Counted from the stretch's first letter, positions 39,739-48,693 are shown. The stretch is DNA of 64,000 nt from a virus (IMGVR_UViG_3300027917_000033:23843-87842); one strand, 5' to 3'. Notes: generated by a model not told the origin, from the sequence alone. Translations and numbers: made by a program.

Positions 39739-40724
39739 AGAAAATTGTGATCACTGGCGGTGCGGGCTACATCGGGTCGCTTCTCACTGGCAAGTTTATA
39801 GACAGTGGGTATGAAGTCGCGGTCATTGATAAGTTATTGTTCGGTGGCGATCATATGCTGTGCTATAATCGTGACCAATTTTCTTTGCACCCATATGATA
39901 TAATGGATATGCCAGATGGTCTGCTTAGCTCGATATGCAGTGGTGCCGATGCAGTTGTACATTTGGCAGCATTGGTTGGCTTCCCGGCCTGTCAGCAAGT
40001 AGGCCCTTCCGTGTCTAAACGTTACAATGTTGATACCACAAAGAAAATGTTTGATATTGCGAATGCCGAAGGAGTGGAGAGATTCGTTTTTGCATCTACA
40101 TACAGCAATTATGGTAAATCATCAGATGGTAAGCCTGTAACTGAGGAATCGCCTCTAAATCCACAATCAATATATGCCGAAAACAAAATAGAGTCAGAAG
40201 AGCTTCTGTTAAATGCCAATACCGATTGTAAACCTCTTGTTTTGAGGCTATCTACACTGTTCGGCGCTTCACCGAGGACACGATTCGACTTAATAGTAAA
40301 CCAGTTTGTACTCGAAGCCCTGACTCATGGAAAGATAATAATCTACCAGAAAAACTATCGCCGGTCGTTCTGTCATGTGTATGATGTAATCTTATGCATG
40401 CATCAAGCCATTGCTGAATGGGATCTAGACTCGTATGATGATGTATGGAACGTCGGGAGCAATCAGCATAATATGTCTAAAGAAGAGGTCATCAGTTTGA
40501 TCAAATCCAAGATTCCGCTTGAAGTGGAATACAAAGATTTGTCGTTTGGTGGTGATATGAGAGACATCACAGTGTCTTTTGACAAGATTATATCAAAGCA
40601 TGGCTTCGAGCCTAAGATATCAGTTATGGGTGGAATCAGAGAAATCAAACAGATTATACAAACCGGGTTGGTTAAGAATCCGTTTGACGACAAGTATAGA
40701 AATGCTAAGTTTATCGTCAGTTAG
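39735..40724 (+). CDS. NAD-dependent sugar epimerase/dehydratase
   Basis: ITGGAGYIGS, HLAA, YAENK (YxxxK), LRLSTLFG. Confidence 0.9.
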   Translation: MKKIVITGGAGYIGSLLTGKFIDSGYEVAVIDKLLFGGDHMLCYNRDQFSLHPYDIMDMPDGLLSSICSGADAVVHLAALVGFPACQQVGPSVSKRYNVDTTKKMFDIANAEGVERFVFASTYSNYGKSSDGKPVTEESPLNPQSIYAENKIESEELLLNANTDCKPLVLRLSTLFGASPRTRFDLIVNQFVLEALTHGKIIIYQKNYRRSFCHVYDVILCMHQAIAEWDLDSYDDVWNVGSNQHNMSKEEVISLIKSKIPLEVEYKDLSFGGDMRDITVSFDKIISKHGFEPKISVMGGIREIKQIIQTGLVKNPFDDKYRNAKFIVS

Positions 40725-41272
40725 ATCATAAAGACTGACTTCAATTCAGAAATGAACTTTTCCACTTCTTCGTTGGTGTGTCCCTTCTTCATTCTTTTTA
40801 TGCCGTCGCATATGAGTTGAACATTGGATTTCGTGTAATCCGTCCCACTCTTTAAATCTATCCGCACCGCAAACAAGTCACCCCTTTGGTGCGTCATTTC
40901 TATCCCGCTCATAGCACATCTTCCGTTCTGTTTGCTCCAAAGATCGTCTAGGAAATCTAATGATAAATCATATTTAAGCGAATTTTTCTCACTGATCCTG
41001 CGAATATGAGACATCTGGTCGGTAAGAAACCTTCTTGGGCTCGACTGCTTTGATTTTGAATCCGTATCGGCATTTCTGGTTATGTTTTTCTTGTTTTTCT
41101 TGTACCATTTGCTCCATCTTTCACGTCTTTCTTTTACAAACTTTGGGTCACCCGATCTTTTCTTATTGTAGGCTGATAAGATTGCCAGTGCGCATTCGCG
41201 GCACTTGGCGGAGTTGTAAAAAGGAACATCCTTGTCGTTTGCACCACATATCTTACAAAATCGCATTTTCAA
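40721..41272 (-). CDS. zinc-finger + degenerate His-Me endonuclease-like protein
   Basis: CKIC/CREC; QNGRCAMSG...RID...YTKSNVQLIC. Confidence 0.55.
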   Translation of the reverse strand: MKMRFCKICGANDKDVPFYNSAKCRECALAILSAYNKKRSGDPKFVKERRERWSKWYKKNKKNITRNADTDSKSKQSSPRRFLTDQMSHIRRISEKNSLKYDLSLDFLDDLWSKQNGRCAMSGIEMTHQRGDLFAVRIDLKSGTDYTKSNVQLICDGIKRMKKGHTNEEVEKFISELKSVFMI

Positions 41273-41333
41273 GCAAACCTAAATTAGACGTTTTGGACAG
41301 CTTTCAAATACTTTTGACTTGAGGAGACAAGAG

Positions 41334-41729
41334 ATGGCCAGTCAGCCAGCAAATGCGAGTATTAGGGTTCACCGCCGGATTCGCTCATACCGGCAGATGA
41401 TCCGGCACAATAATGTGAAGGCCATGGTCAATCGGATGAGGCCGTTGATCATGTCCATGCCGGGTCGTGAGACTCAGATTCTTAGCACTTTCGATGGAGA
41501 TGCCAATATCGTGCAGACCAACCTCACATCTGATCGCCGGGGCCTGCCGATTGTCAGGTACCTCAGGCCTGTGGTGCCGTTCCAGACGGCAGCCGAGAAC
41601 ATCGCCGGGCTTAACTTCCCCGTGGTGATTGGCCAGGACAAGTTCCTGGAGAAGAGCGATGCGAATGTCGCAGACGATCTCCACGAGAATGCCCGGGATA
41701 CGGATGCTGGCCAGGCCAACTTCCGGTAA
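41334..41729 (+). CDS. putative highly expressed (virion) protein
   Basis: GC-rich codons, AGGAG RBS, CAAATAC upstream, strong terminator downstream. Confidence 0.65.
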   Translation: MASQPANASIRVHRRIRSYRQMIRHNNVKAMVNRMRPLIMSMPGRETQILSTFDGDANIVQTNLTSDRRGLPIVRYLRPVVPFQTAAENIAGLNFPVVIGQDKFLEKSDANVADDLHENARDTDAGQANFR

Positions 41730-41749
41730 TATGGGGAATAGGGAACTCA

Positions 41750-41782
41750 GAAAGGGAGGAGAGATTTTCTCTCCTCCCTTTC
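41750..41782. terminator. bidirectional terminator
   Basis: GAAAGGGAGGAGAGA-ttt-TCTCTCCTCCCTTTC between convergent genes. Confidence 0.75.
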
Positions 41783-41891
41783 ATTATTATACAGATGCAC
41801 ACTGTTGGGACGCATCTAGAAAACGAGTACCCAAATAAGGCGTTTAGTATGACGCTGACTCTTTCCGGCTATTCTGGCCCGCAGAGTTAAG

Positions 41892-42308
41892 TTAAGTCGT
41901 CTCCACCCTGAGCTGCGATGCTGGGCACAAGTATTCACCAGGTCTCTTGTATCCATCAGGCATCTCCCACGACTCTACCCACCAGTAGAATTCTGGTCCC
42001 CAGTGATGCTCACGCGAGATCCTACACTTCTTCCCCTGAAGCTTAGGTGCACATACACTACCTGGCCCGATGCCTGGACAGTCTTCGCAGTTGACATCTA
42101 CGTAGTCACCTACTTTCACAGTTCTCTCCTGAACACTACGTTGCTCGGCGTTAAGGGTATTCCAGAACCCTTGCAGTCGGAGCATTTCTGCCGTTGTCGG
42201 CAGGTGGGCGTCCCTGCATTTCTCGTTGCAGTAATGCCACTCATACCAAGCAAGGCCACAGCTCCCGCAGGAGTGGAACGTCTTGCCACAGCTCTTGCAC
42301 TTGCCCAT
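41892..42308 (-). CDS. Cys-rich hypothetical protein
   Basis: CKSC..CGSC..CNEKC. Confidence 0.5.
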   Translation of the reverse strand: MGKCKSCGKTFHSCGSCGLAWYEWHYCNEKCRDAHLPTTAEMLRLQGFWNTLNAEQRSVQERTVKVGDYVDVNCEDCPGIGPGSVCAPKLQGKKCRISREHHWGPEFYWWVESWEMPDGYKRPGEYLCPASQLRVETT

Positions 42309-42695
42309 GGTTCACCTCACTTCCCGTCTAAAGTGCCAATCCAAGAAGCAAACCAACGGCCCCGCCGACAAGGGCGACCAGGACCGCTATACATCCGACG
42401 GCATACATCGCCCTAGTCTCTATGAGAAGCCCTATTATTTGTAGTAAATACATGGCTATCCCCCTACTTAGTCTTGTTCTTCAGCCCTTCGAGAAACCGA
42501 TCACGGGCATGCAATTCAAGGACCGCCTGTGCCGCCTTCCCAGCATCTACGCCGAACCCGAAGACTTGGCGCAATATCTTGATCGCCACCTCCCGGCGTA
42601 GTGGGTCGCGCTTCACGTTCATCTCTGACAGAAGGTGCTCTGCCCATCTGTCGAAGTCAGCATCGGTTTCCATTCTTATTCTCCATTAATTCTGT

Positions 42696-43007
42696 TTACT
42701 TGACGATCTTGGCCTTTGTGTCGTCGGGTGCTTCCACCACCAACATTGGGCTATACCCTCGGTCGTGGGTATCGAAGCGCATGGGCCACTCTGGTAGGCA
42801 CTGCCCCTCATCCACCATGCTGACCCCAATCACCCACGCTGCCCCCTTGGTAGGCTCTGGAGCGTAGACCCCGTAGACAATCAACTCGCCCTCTTTGGAC
42901 TTGAGGTGATAGGCTGCGCCTTCCTCGTAACACACGATTTCCTCGCTCTCTGCCCCCTCCATTTCCAAGAGATAGTCGGAGGCCCCATAGAATTTGTAGG
43001 TCTTCAT
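42696..43007 (-). CDS. hypothetical protein
   Basis: GGAG RBS; FYGASD motif. Confidence 0.6.
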   Translation of the reverse strand: MKTYKFYGASDYLLEMEGAESEEIVCYEEGAAYHLKSKEGELIVYGVYAPEPTKGAAWVIGVSMVDEGQCLPEWPMRFDTHDRGYSPMLVVEAPDDTKAKIVK

Positions 43008-43034
43008 CTCTTCTCCTTCATCTAAAAGTTAAAT

Positions 43035-43195
43035 TATGGGGTGCGGGGGGACCTCATCGTTCCCCCTCAGCACTATCCCGTCGATTCGGGACCGCACCCG
43101 CAAATGTCCTACAGTTAACGCCTCTGGATGGAGCTGCCAGAAGTCGTATTCGGTGGTCGTGAATTCAACAAACGATACCCGTCTCGGGTCAGTAA
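43035..43195 (-). ncRNA. candidate structured RNA downstream of HNH gene
   Basis: GGGTGC...GCACCC encloses GTCCCG/CGGGAT and GGGGA/TCCCC stems. Confidence 0.4.
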
Positions 43196-43201
43196 GTATA
43201 A

Positions 43202-43753
43202 TCAGATAAATTTTTGCCAGACCGAGTGGTTCCTGATTCTCTTCCGAATTATTTTGGCCATGTTTAGATCTGGGCGATACGGAACATTCCTAAGTGTCAT
43301 TCCGGACTTTTTGAGGTCCTTGTCAGCTTTTGACTTGTTGCATTCCTCGCATGCGCTGACTACGTTTTCCCATACAGTTTCGCCGCCCTTTGATTTGGGG
43401 AGCACATGGTCGATTGTGAGATCACGGCTCTGCTTCCCGCAGTACTGGCATGTGTATCGGTCCCTCTTCAACACGTTCCTCTTGGAAAATGTGCTGATCG
43501 TCGGGACTCTATCATAAGTGTTGAGTACCATCACGTACGGGGCTGCAATCTTTCTCTTTATGGTTTGCACATACCCATTGCCGTTTGATGGTACTGCTAG
43601 CCAGTCGTCAAAGTCGTATGTCTGGAAGGACTCTGGGCACACAGCTTTTGCAACATCCCTATATAGTAGCACAATGGCTTCTCTAACGGTAGAGATGCCA
43701 ATTGGCATCCACATTTTGTTCAGGATTAGAGTCTTTTGATTCAGAGCAGACAT
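43202..43753 (-). CDS. HNH endonuclease (McrA-like)
   Basis: RDRYTCQYCG...TIDHVLPKSKGG...WENVVSACEECNKSK. Confidence 0.9.
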   Translation of the reverse strand: MSALNQKTLILNKMWMPIGISTVREAIVLLYRDVAKAVCPESFQTYDFDDWLAVPSNGNGYVQTIKRKIAAPYVMVLNTYDRVPTISTFSKRNVLKRDRYTCQYCGKQSRDLTIDHVLPKSKGGETVWENVVSACEECNKSKADKDLKKSGMTLRNVPYRPDLNMAKIIRKRIRNHSVWQKFI

Positions 43754-44019
43754 TACTTCCCCCCGACGATTAGGTGATAAAAATCACTATCGTCAAACTC
43801 CTCACAAGTCATTCTTTTGTCTTCTACCATTTTGTTCGGTTCCCAGTCCCATAATCTTACATTATCTGACCCCTTGTCTATTATTTCTAACGGTCTGTTG
43901 CTTGATTTCGAAGCTATCCAATCACCAACGATGGTGTTATTAAACGTTGCCTTTTCTCCAAGAGAATAATTTGTTGGTCTAAGTCTACTATCCAATGTCG
44001 TATTCCTTAACAGGTTTAG

Positions 44020-44091
44020 TACCCCCGGCAGGATTCGAACCTGCGTACGACCGATTAGGAATCGGTGGCCAATCCATTTGGCGACGGGGGC
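44020..44091 (-). tRNA. tRNA-Arg(CCU)
   Basis: ACCGA-TTCCTAA-TCGGT; GGTTCGAATCC. Confidence 0.85.
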
Positions 44092-44555
44092 TCGTCACCG
44101 GCTTTGTCTTTACTCATACCGTTTGGGTGTAATCCTTGAACTTTCTTTACTCTTGGGCCTATTCTAAAACATTTGTTACATCTTATCACATCATCCAATC
44201 CGGCTGGTACGGTTTCCATATCTCCACCACACGAGCATTTGAAACTAAATATTCTTGTGGGCCTTCCAACACCTTTCTCCCATTCGTCAAATCTGACCTC
44301 TCTACTCCTAACCCATCCCTCATATCGGTCAATTGCTACTGTTGCGCGAGCTTTTCTCTCTTTAAGACAATCATCACATATGAATATGTGTAATGATAAA
44401 CTTTCATTTAGTGGGTCCCAAACCGATGAGGCCCAATTACCAGTTGCTCTAAAATGAACTGCACTTCCTATTTCTATGGATTTACGTCCGTCACAGTGTT
44501 CGTGTGACTCGGCTATGCAGTTTTTACCGCAGATGAGACATTCGTCGCTGTTCAT
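44055..44555 (-). CDS. Cys-rich hypothetical protein
   Basis: CLIC, ICDDC, CSC, CNKC. Confidence 0.55.
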   Translation of the reverse strand: MNSDECLICGKNCIAESHEHCDGRKSIEIGSAVHFRATGNWASSVWDPLNESLSLHIFICDDCLKERKARATVAIDRYEGWVRSREVRFDEWEKGVGRPTRIFSFKCSCGGDMETVPAGLDDVIRCNKCFRIGPRVKKVQGLHPNGMSKDKAGDEPPSPNGLATDS

Positions 44556-45007
44556 TGATCCTCTGTAATCTCACTAATACCCCCGGAAGGAGTCAAACCT
44601 TCGTTTTCAGCTTCGGAAGCTGGTGCTTTATTCGTTAAGCTACGGGGGCTTTTGACAATATGAGTGTGGCCGATGCTACATTCCATCGAATGGCTTGCCA
44701 CCAATAAGCCATGCCAATGATTGTCGAACATGATCGGATTCACTAATATGGGTGAATCTAGCAGATTCATTAATTCTTGGATTGATGCTGGTGCGCACAA
44801 TTCTAAAGTTATCGACTCATGCATATTTCCTGATATTGTAACTTTAGTGCCGTCAAATCTTAACCGGCGCGGAGCAACAATAGAATATTTTCCATTATCA
44901 TCACTGACCCCCATATATGGCTTGTTGTATACGATGGTATTGTCTCGCATCACGACGCCTAAACCAGCATTTTTAAGATGCTTGAAAAGTATGTCTATTG
45001 CTTCCAT
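44552..45007 (-). CDS. hypothetical protein (LxDP-type family); 3' end reads through a tRNA
   Basis: LELCAPASI. Confidence 0.5.
   Translation of the reverse strand: MEAIDILFKHLKNAGLGVVMRDNTIVYNKPYMGVSDDNGKYSIVAPRRLRFDGTKVTISGNMHESITLELCAPASIQELMNLLDSPILVNPIMFDNHWHGLLVASHSMECSIGHTHIVKSPRSLTNKAPASEAENEGLTPSGGISEITEDQ
44578..44649 (-). tRNA. tRNA-Arg(CCG)
   Basis: CAGC-TTCCGAA-GCTG; T loop TTTGACT. Confidence 0.75.
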
Positions 45008-45013
45008 TACTCA

Positions 45014-45085
45014 TGAGGGCGGTGGGAATCGAACCCACGACAGGCAACTTATAAGGCTGCTCCTCTGCCACTGAGGTACGCCCCC
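45014..45085 (-). tRNA. tRNA-Ile(UAU)
   Basis: GCAGC-CTTATAA-GTTGC; GGTTCGATTCC. Confidence 0.85.
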
Positions 45086-45131
45086 GGTTGAGTAAGGACG
45101 AATCCCCCCCGACCCGCCCTTACTCGTGCCA

Positions 45132-45320
45132 CTACAAGTGGCGAATTCTGTACTGTGTTTTCCTGTACTTCTTCCAGTTTTTGTTGTTGATGAGATCTGA
45201 TCGGCAGATGTCATCCCATGCATCTGGTAAACGCCTTGGGCTTCTCCTAGCTCTACCGCACCATTTGATGTATTTTCTTTTCTCTTGGGTGGTTTTTGGG
45301 TGTCTCAACCATTTACCCAT
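45132..45320 (-). CDS. small basic protein
   Basis: RHPKTTQE..LPDAWDD..NWKKYRKTQY; GGAGG RBS. Confidence 0.6.
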   Translation of the reverse strand: MGKWLRHPKTTQEKRKYIKWCGRARRSPRRLPDAWDDICRSDLINNKNWKKYRKTQYRIRHL

Positions 45321-45395
45321 TTTGGCCTCCTTAATGAAACACATTAAGTGAAGCCTTCTTTCCAATTTGACATGATCTGGTCCTCAAAGGGTTAA

Positions 45396-45466
45396 TAGGC
45401 GCGAGGGGAATCGAACCCCTACAAACAGCGTGTAAAACTGCCACCCTACCATTAGGTTACGCGCCT
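45396..45466 (-). tRNA. tRNA-Val(UAC)
   Basis: GCAGT-TTTACAC-GCTGT. Confidence 0.85.
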
Positions 45467-45471
45467 GTTAA

Positions 45472-45557
45472 TAGCGGGGACGCGAATCGAACGCGCACTC
45501 CCTTTCAGGAACCGGCTTATGAGACCGGTGTGCCTAACCAATATGCACCTCCCCGCT
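45472..45557 (-). tRNA. tRNA-Met-like (CAU) with long variable arm
   Basis: AGCGGGG/CCCCGCT acceptor; CCGGT-CTCATAA-GCCGG; variable arm TTCCTGAAAGGGAG. Confidence 0.75.
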
Positions 45558-45559
45558 GA

Positions 45560-45645
45560 TGCCCAGAGCGGGATTCGAACCCGCACGCGGTTCAGCCGCA
45601 CTAGCTCCTCGGGCTAGCCTGTCTACCAAATTCCAGCACCTGGGC
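45560..45645 (-). tRNA. tRNA-Leu(GAG)
   Basis: CTAGC-CCGAGGA-GCTAG, long variable arm (C at position 33). Confidence 0.85.
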
Positions 45646-45654
45646 GCATCCGGG

Positions 45655-45975
45655 CTATTGATTTATTTGTACTTTCTTCTTGGTTACGTCAATGATTAGT
45701 TCGATTACGGACGGTACCAAATTTTTGAGGACGTAATCTTCAACCCATGTTTCAATTGGTTCTGGGACCCAAGGTATATTAGGATTTACTTCTTTGTAGG
45801 CTTGTCTTATGACATCAACCACGAACTGCTTTTTCTGTGGGCCATCTAGTTCAGTTATCGTTTCGGCGATTTCTGCGGCGGTCTTAACAGCATTGATAAT
45901 ATCATCAAATTCGAATCCGTTGCCAAAACATTCAACAACCTTCTTGACAGCAACAACAGTCTGTTCACCGTCCAT
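45655..45975 (-). CDS. hypothetical protein
   Basis: LDGPQKKQFV...NIPWVPEPIE; AGGAG RBS. Confidence 0.6.
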   Translation of the reverse strand: MDGEQTVVAVKKVVECFGNGFEFDDIINAVKTAAEIAETITELDGPQKKQFVVDVIRQAYKEVNPNIPWVPEPIETWVEDYVLKNLVPSVIELIIDVTKKKVQINQ

Positions 45976-46193
45976 GTTCTTCTCCTTTAATTTGTGAACG
46001 TCGCATCTGAATTTGGGCCGCTACGTTTATACCGTCTGCGTGGATCATTTCCCACCATGAAGCCATCACTTTTATCGCTTCATCGTAAGAGAAATGGCTG
46101 ATATGAACAATATTATCTGAATCCAATTTCTCTACTAGCACAAATCCCTCACCACAATCTGTCTTGATACTGTTGTTTATTTTCATTGTTGTC

Positions 46194-46571
46194 TCACAGA
46201 ATGCTGAATAGGATCCACATCAACAAGAGGTGCATCCCGTTGTCTACACCGATATAAATGCATGGCACGAATGGTCCTTCAAGTGAATGCCCGTATACCT
46301 GCATCCATTTGTGCCCAAGTGACCATCGATCTATTGGGAAATGTGTTACAAACGCTATCAAAAATGCGACTATAGATGATGCCGCTGGTTCTAGTTTTGA
46401 TTGCCAGTTGCTGGCAATCATCACCACAGTAACCATGCATGCATATATTGTACAGTGAATCAAGCATGCTTTGAGACCAAGATACCCAGGCTTGTGTTTG
46501 CGGTTGGCCATCCAGTCATTCTGAAAGATATAATCGCCAAGCAGATGGCCAATTAGCAATTCAATGTTCAT
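46194..46571 (-). CDS. DUF3307-like membrane protein
   Basis: GHLLGDYIFQ.DWMA..K...HCTIY...THFPID...DNGMH. Confidence 0.75.
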   Translation of the reverse strand: MNIELLIGHLLGDYIFQNDWMANRKHKPGYLGLKACLIHCTIYACMVTVVMIASNWQSKLEPAASSIVAFLIAFVTHFPIDRWSLGHKWMQVYGHSLEGPFVPCIYIGVDNGMHLLLMWILFSIL

Positions 46572-46848
46572 CGTTCAGATATTTGTTCCAGCATTCAAGT
46601 ATCACTATGCCAAGGGCCTTTTTGGTAGTTATCCATAAGATTGAATCTTTTTCTGACCCATCTGGGTACATTTCTTGCAATGCCGACAATGTCGTTTGGA
46701 ACACCAACAAGTATTCTTTAGCTTGAGCCCAAGCTTGATCAAGATTATGAATGCCTTGGCCTTGCATATACTCTTCTAGTTTTCTTTTGTCTTCGTCTGA
46801 TAATTCCATTGGTTAAATACCTCGTGGTGCTCTTTGCAATACGTCCAT

Positions 46849-46934
46849 TGGTGCCCGAAGCGGGATTCGAACCCGCACGCCCAAAGGGGCACAAGATCCT
46901 AAATCTTGCGTGTCTGCCATTCCACCATTCGGGC
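46849..46934 (-). tRNA. tRNA-Leu(UAG)
   Basis: CAAGA-TTTAGGA-TCTTG; encoded CCA. Confidence 0.9.
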
Positions 46935-46974
46935 AAGCTCCCCTCGGCCCTCGCAATGAGGGTTTGAATGGAAG

Positions 46975-47200
46975 GCCTGTCGCACGGAGGCGGGGCCGAG
47001 GAGATTGGTGCCGGTGGGGAGATTCGAATTCCCACGCCCTCGGGGAGCACCTACGTAGCGTAGCCTGTCTACCAAGTTCCAGCACACCGGCATTATTCTT
47101 TCCAGTATTTTTCGACAAGTTCATCTAATTCGTTCTGCGGCACTCCGCTATGTCTGCTTTCTGTAATTCACGGCTTCTGCTCGCCTGTCGCACGGAGGCG
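46975..47200. repeat. 18-bp direct repeat GCCTGTCGCACGGAGGCG (46975-46992, 47183-47200) flanking the odd tRNA
   Basis: Exact copies; each forms a hairpin on the minus strand. Confidence 0.8.
47006..47091 (-). tRNA. Leu-type tRNA body with shortened anticodon arm centred on CUA
   Basis: GCCGGTG/CACCGGC-ACCA, Leu D arm, anticodon arm CTACG-CTA-CGTAG. Confidence 0.6.
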
Positions 47201-47215
47201 ATCCTAGAAGGCTCT

Positions 47216-47572
47216 TCATCTTTGGTTGCATTTCCTAAGGATCTCTTCGTCGAGTTCATCTGGGTCATCTATTTCTTTGTCTGAACGGGGATAGTAAATC
47301 CCTCGTTTGTACAATCGATCCTGAACTAATTGTTTGAATGCCTCAAATAAGTAATTTGATGGGTCGAAATCTGGGTTAGCCAGAATATCATGTGCTATTT
47401 TATCGAAGTCGAATTCCTCAGCGATTCCTGTTGGGCCGACTGGCCCTGTTATTCCTGTTACTCCTACTGGACCAGTAGGTCCTGTCAAACCAGTTGGCCC
47501 AACAGGTCCCGAATCACCTGTGAGCCCTCTCACACCTTTAATCAAATCGAATCTAATCTTTTTTACTTTCAT
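47216..47572 (-). CDS. collagen-repeat protein with shared C-terminal NP/DP-x-FD motif
   Basis: (G-X-Y)n; ILANPDFD. Confidence 0.65.
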   Translation of the reverse strand: MKVKKIRFDLIKGVRGLTGDSGPVGPTGLTGPTGPVGVTGITGPVGPTGIAEEFDFDKIAHDILANPDFDPSNYLFEAFKQLVQDRLYKRGIYYPRSDKEIDDPDELDEEILRKCNQR

Positions 47573-47579
47573 TGAATAC

Positions 47580-47939
47580 CTATTTTTCGTTTCCTGGGTT
47601 TAGAGCTTTTTGTATCGCTGGATCTTTAAATACCTCTGGTTTGAATTTATTCCTAGCCAGAAAACGAGCAACCATCTCAAGCATGACTTTACCCAGATCA
47701 AATTCTGGATCGTGTAATAGTTTGATTGCCGTTTTATAATCTTCTTCTGTAGGTTCTATTGTGTATGGCCATGAAGCCCACGTGGCATCTCCGTTGACCA
47801 GGGGTACAGTGCCACTACTTCCATTGATGATATTTCCGCTGCTGGAATAATTCTCCGTTGTTATTGTTCCAGACCATGCAGTGTCGTCACTGCTGATAGT
47901 CCACGTGGTAGCCGAGTTGGAATCAAAGTTGGTGGTCAT
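47580..47939 (-). CDS. hypothetical protein, paralogous C-terminus
   Basis: LLHDPEFDL. Confidence 0.55.
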   Translation of the reverse strand: MTTNFDSNSATTWTISSDDTAWSGTITTENYSSSGNIINGSSGTVPLVNGDATWASWPYTIEPTEEDYKTAIKLLHDPEFDLGKVMLEMVARFLARNKFKPEVFKDPAIQKALNPGNEK

Positions 47940-47958
47940 CAGAAAATCCTCAAGAGTC

Positions 47959-48044
47959 TGGTACCGGAAGCGGGAGTCGAACCCACACGGGCTAGTGCCC
48001 ACTTGATTTTGAATCAAGCATGTCTACCATTCCATCATTCCGGT
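47959..48044 (-). tRNA. tRNA-Leu(CAA)
   Basis: CTTGA-TTCAAAA-TCAAG; encoded CCA. Confidence 0.9.
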
Positions 48045-48311
48045 ATTCGGATTATGCATTAGGTAGTAACCAACTGCTTCAACTAATATTTTATTTACGT
48101 CAAACTTGGGGTTGTGTAGTAACTTTTTAGCCTTTTCAGCCCATTTTACAGTATCTTGGCTAATCATCGGGGGGCCAACGAACGTGCATGATGTCAGGAT
48201 TGCACCAGATATTGTACAATTATCAATTTTTGTATTGGCTATTGTGCTGTTGTGTATTGAGCAATTTGCAATAATAGCTCCGTCAATCATAGTGTATTTT
48301 GTGCTACTCAT
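48024..48311 (-). CDS. pentapeptide-like repeat protein, paralogous C-terminus
   Basis: IANCS/IHNST/IANTK/IDNCT; LLHNPKFDV. Confidence 0.55.
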   Translation of the reverse strand: MSSTKYTMIDGAIIANCSIHNSTIANTKIDNCTISGAILTSCTFVGPPMISQDTVKWAEKAKKLLHNPKFDVNKILVEAVGYYLMHNPNTGMMEW

Positions 48312-48693
48312 TTATCTTCTCCATATTTTTGCAATATTCAATATAGCCACGGACTGGGTTATCTGTTCCTTCATGCTGCCACAACTTCCTGACTATTGGA
48401 GAATTTTCATGCAATAGGGTTCTGGCAACGTACCTGAATTTCGCTATGGTTTTGTTGTCGGTTGGTTCGGATAAGACAACCCAGCAACATATAGATTCAC
48501 ACCAAATAGATTTTGGCATTACTGCTGGGATTATCCATCTATTGGTTTTGCCTTGTTTTACTTTTATTGCTAAATTGAAATTATTTCTAACCTGGTCTTC
48601 TATCAGGCTAGTCAATATATCGTCAGGCATATCACTGAGCCCTAGATCGTTAGCAGATTCAACTGCATGATTTGTTACGAATGTCAGTCTCAT
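48304..48693 (-). CDS. hypothetical protein
   Basis: TNHAVE. Confidence 0.55.
   Translation of the reverse strand: MRLTFVTNHAVESANDLGLSDMPDDILTSLIEDQVRNNFNLAIKVKQGKTNRWIIPAVMPKSIWCESICCWVVLSEPTDNKTIAKFRYVARTLLHENSPIVRKLWQHEGTDNPVRGYIEYCKNMEKINE

Noticed and set aside
46745-47128. ORFs 46745-47050, 46813-47124, 46899-47093 and similar ORFs spanning tRNAs
   Set aside because: They are translations of tRNA sequence (e.g. VRVRIP, GSNP); likewise most antisense ORFs in the track shadow real genes
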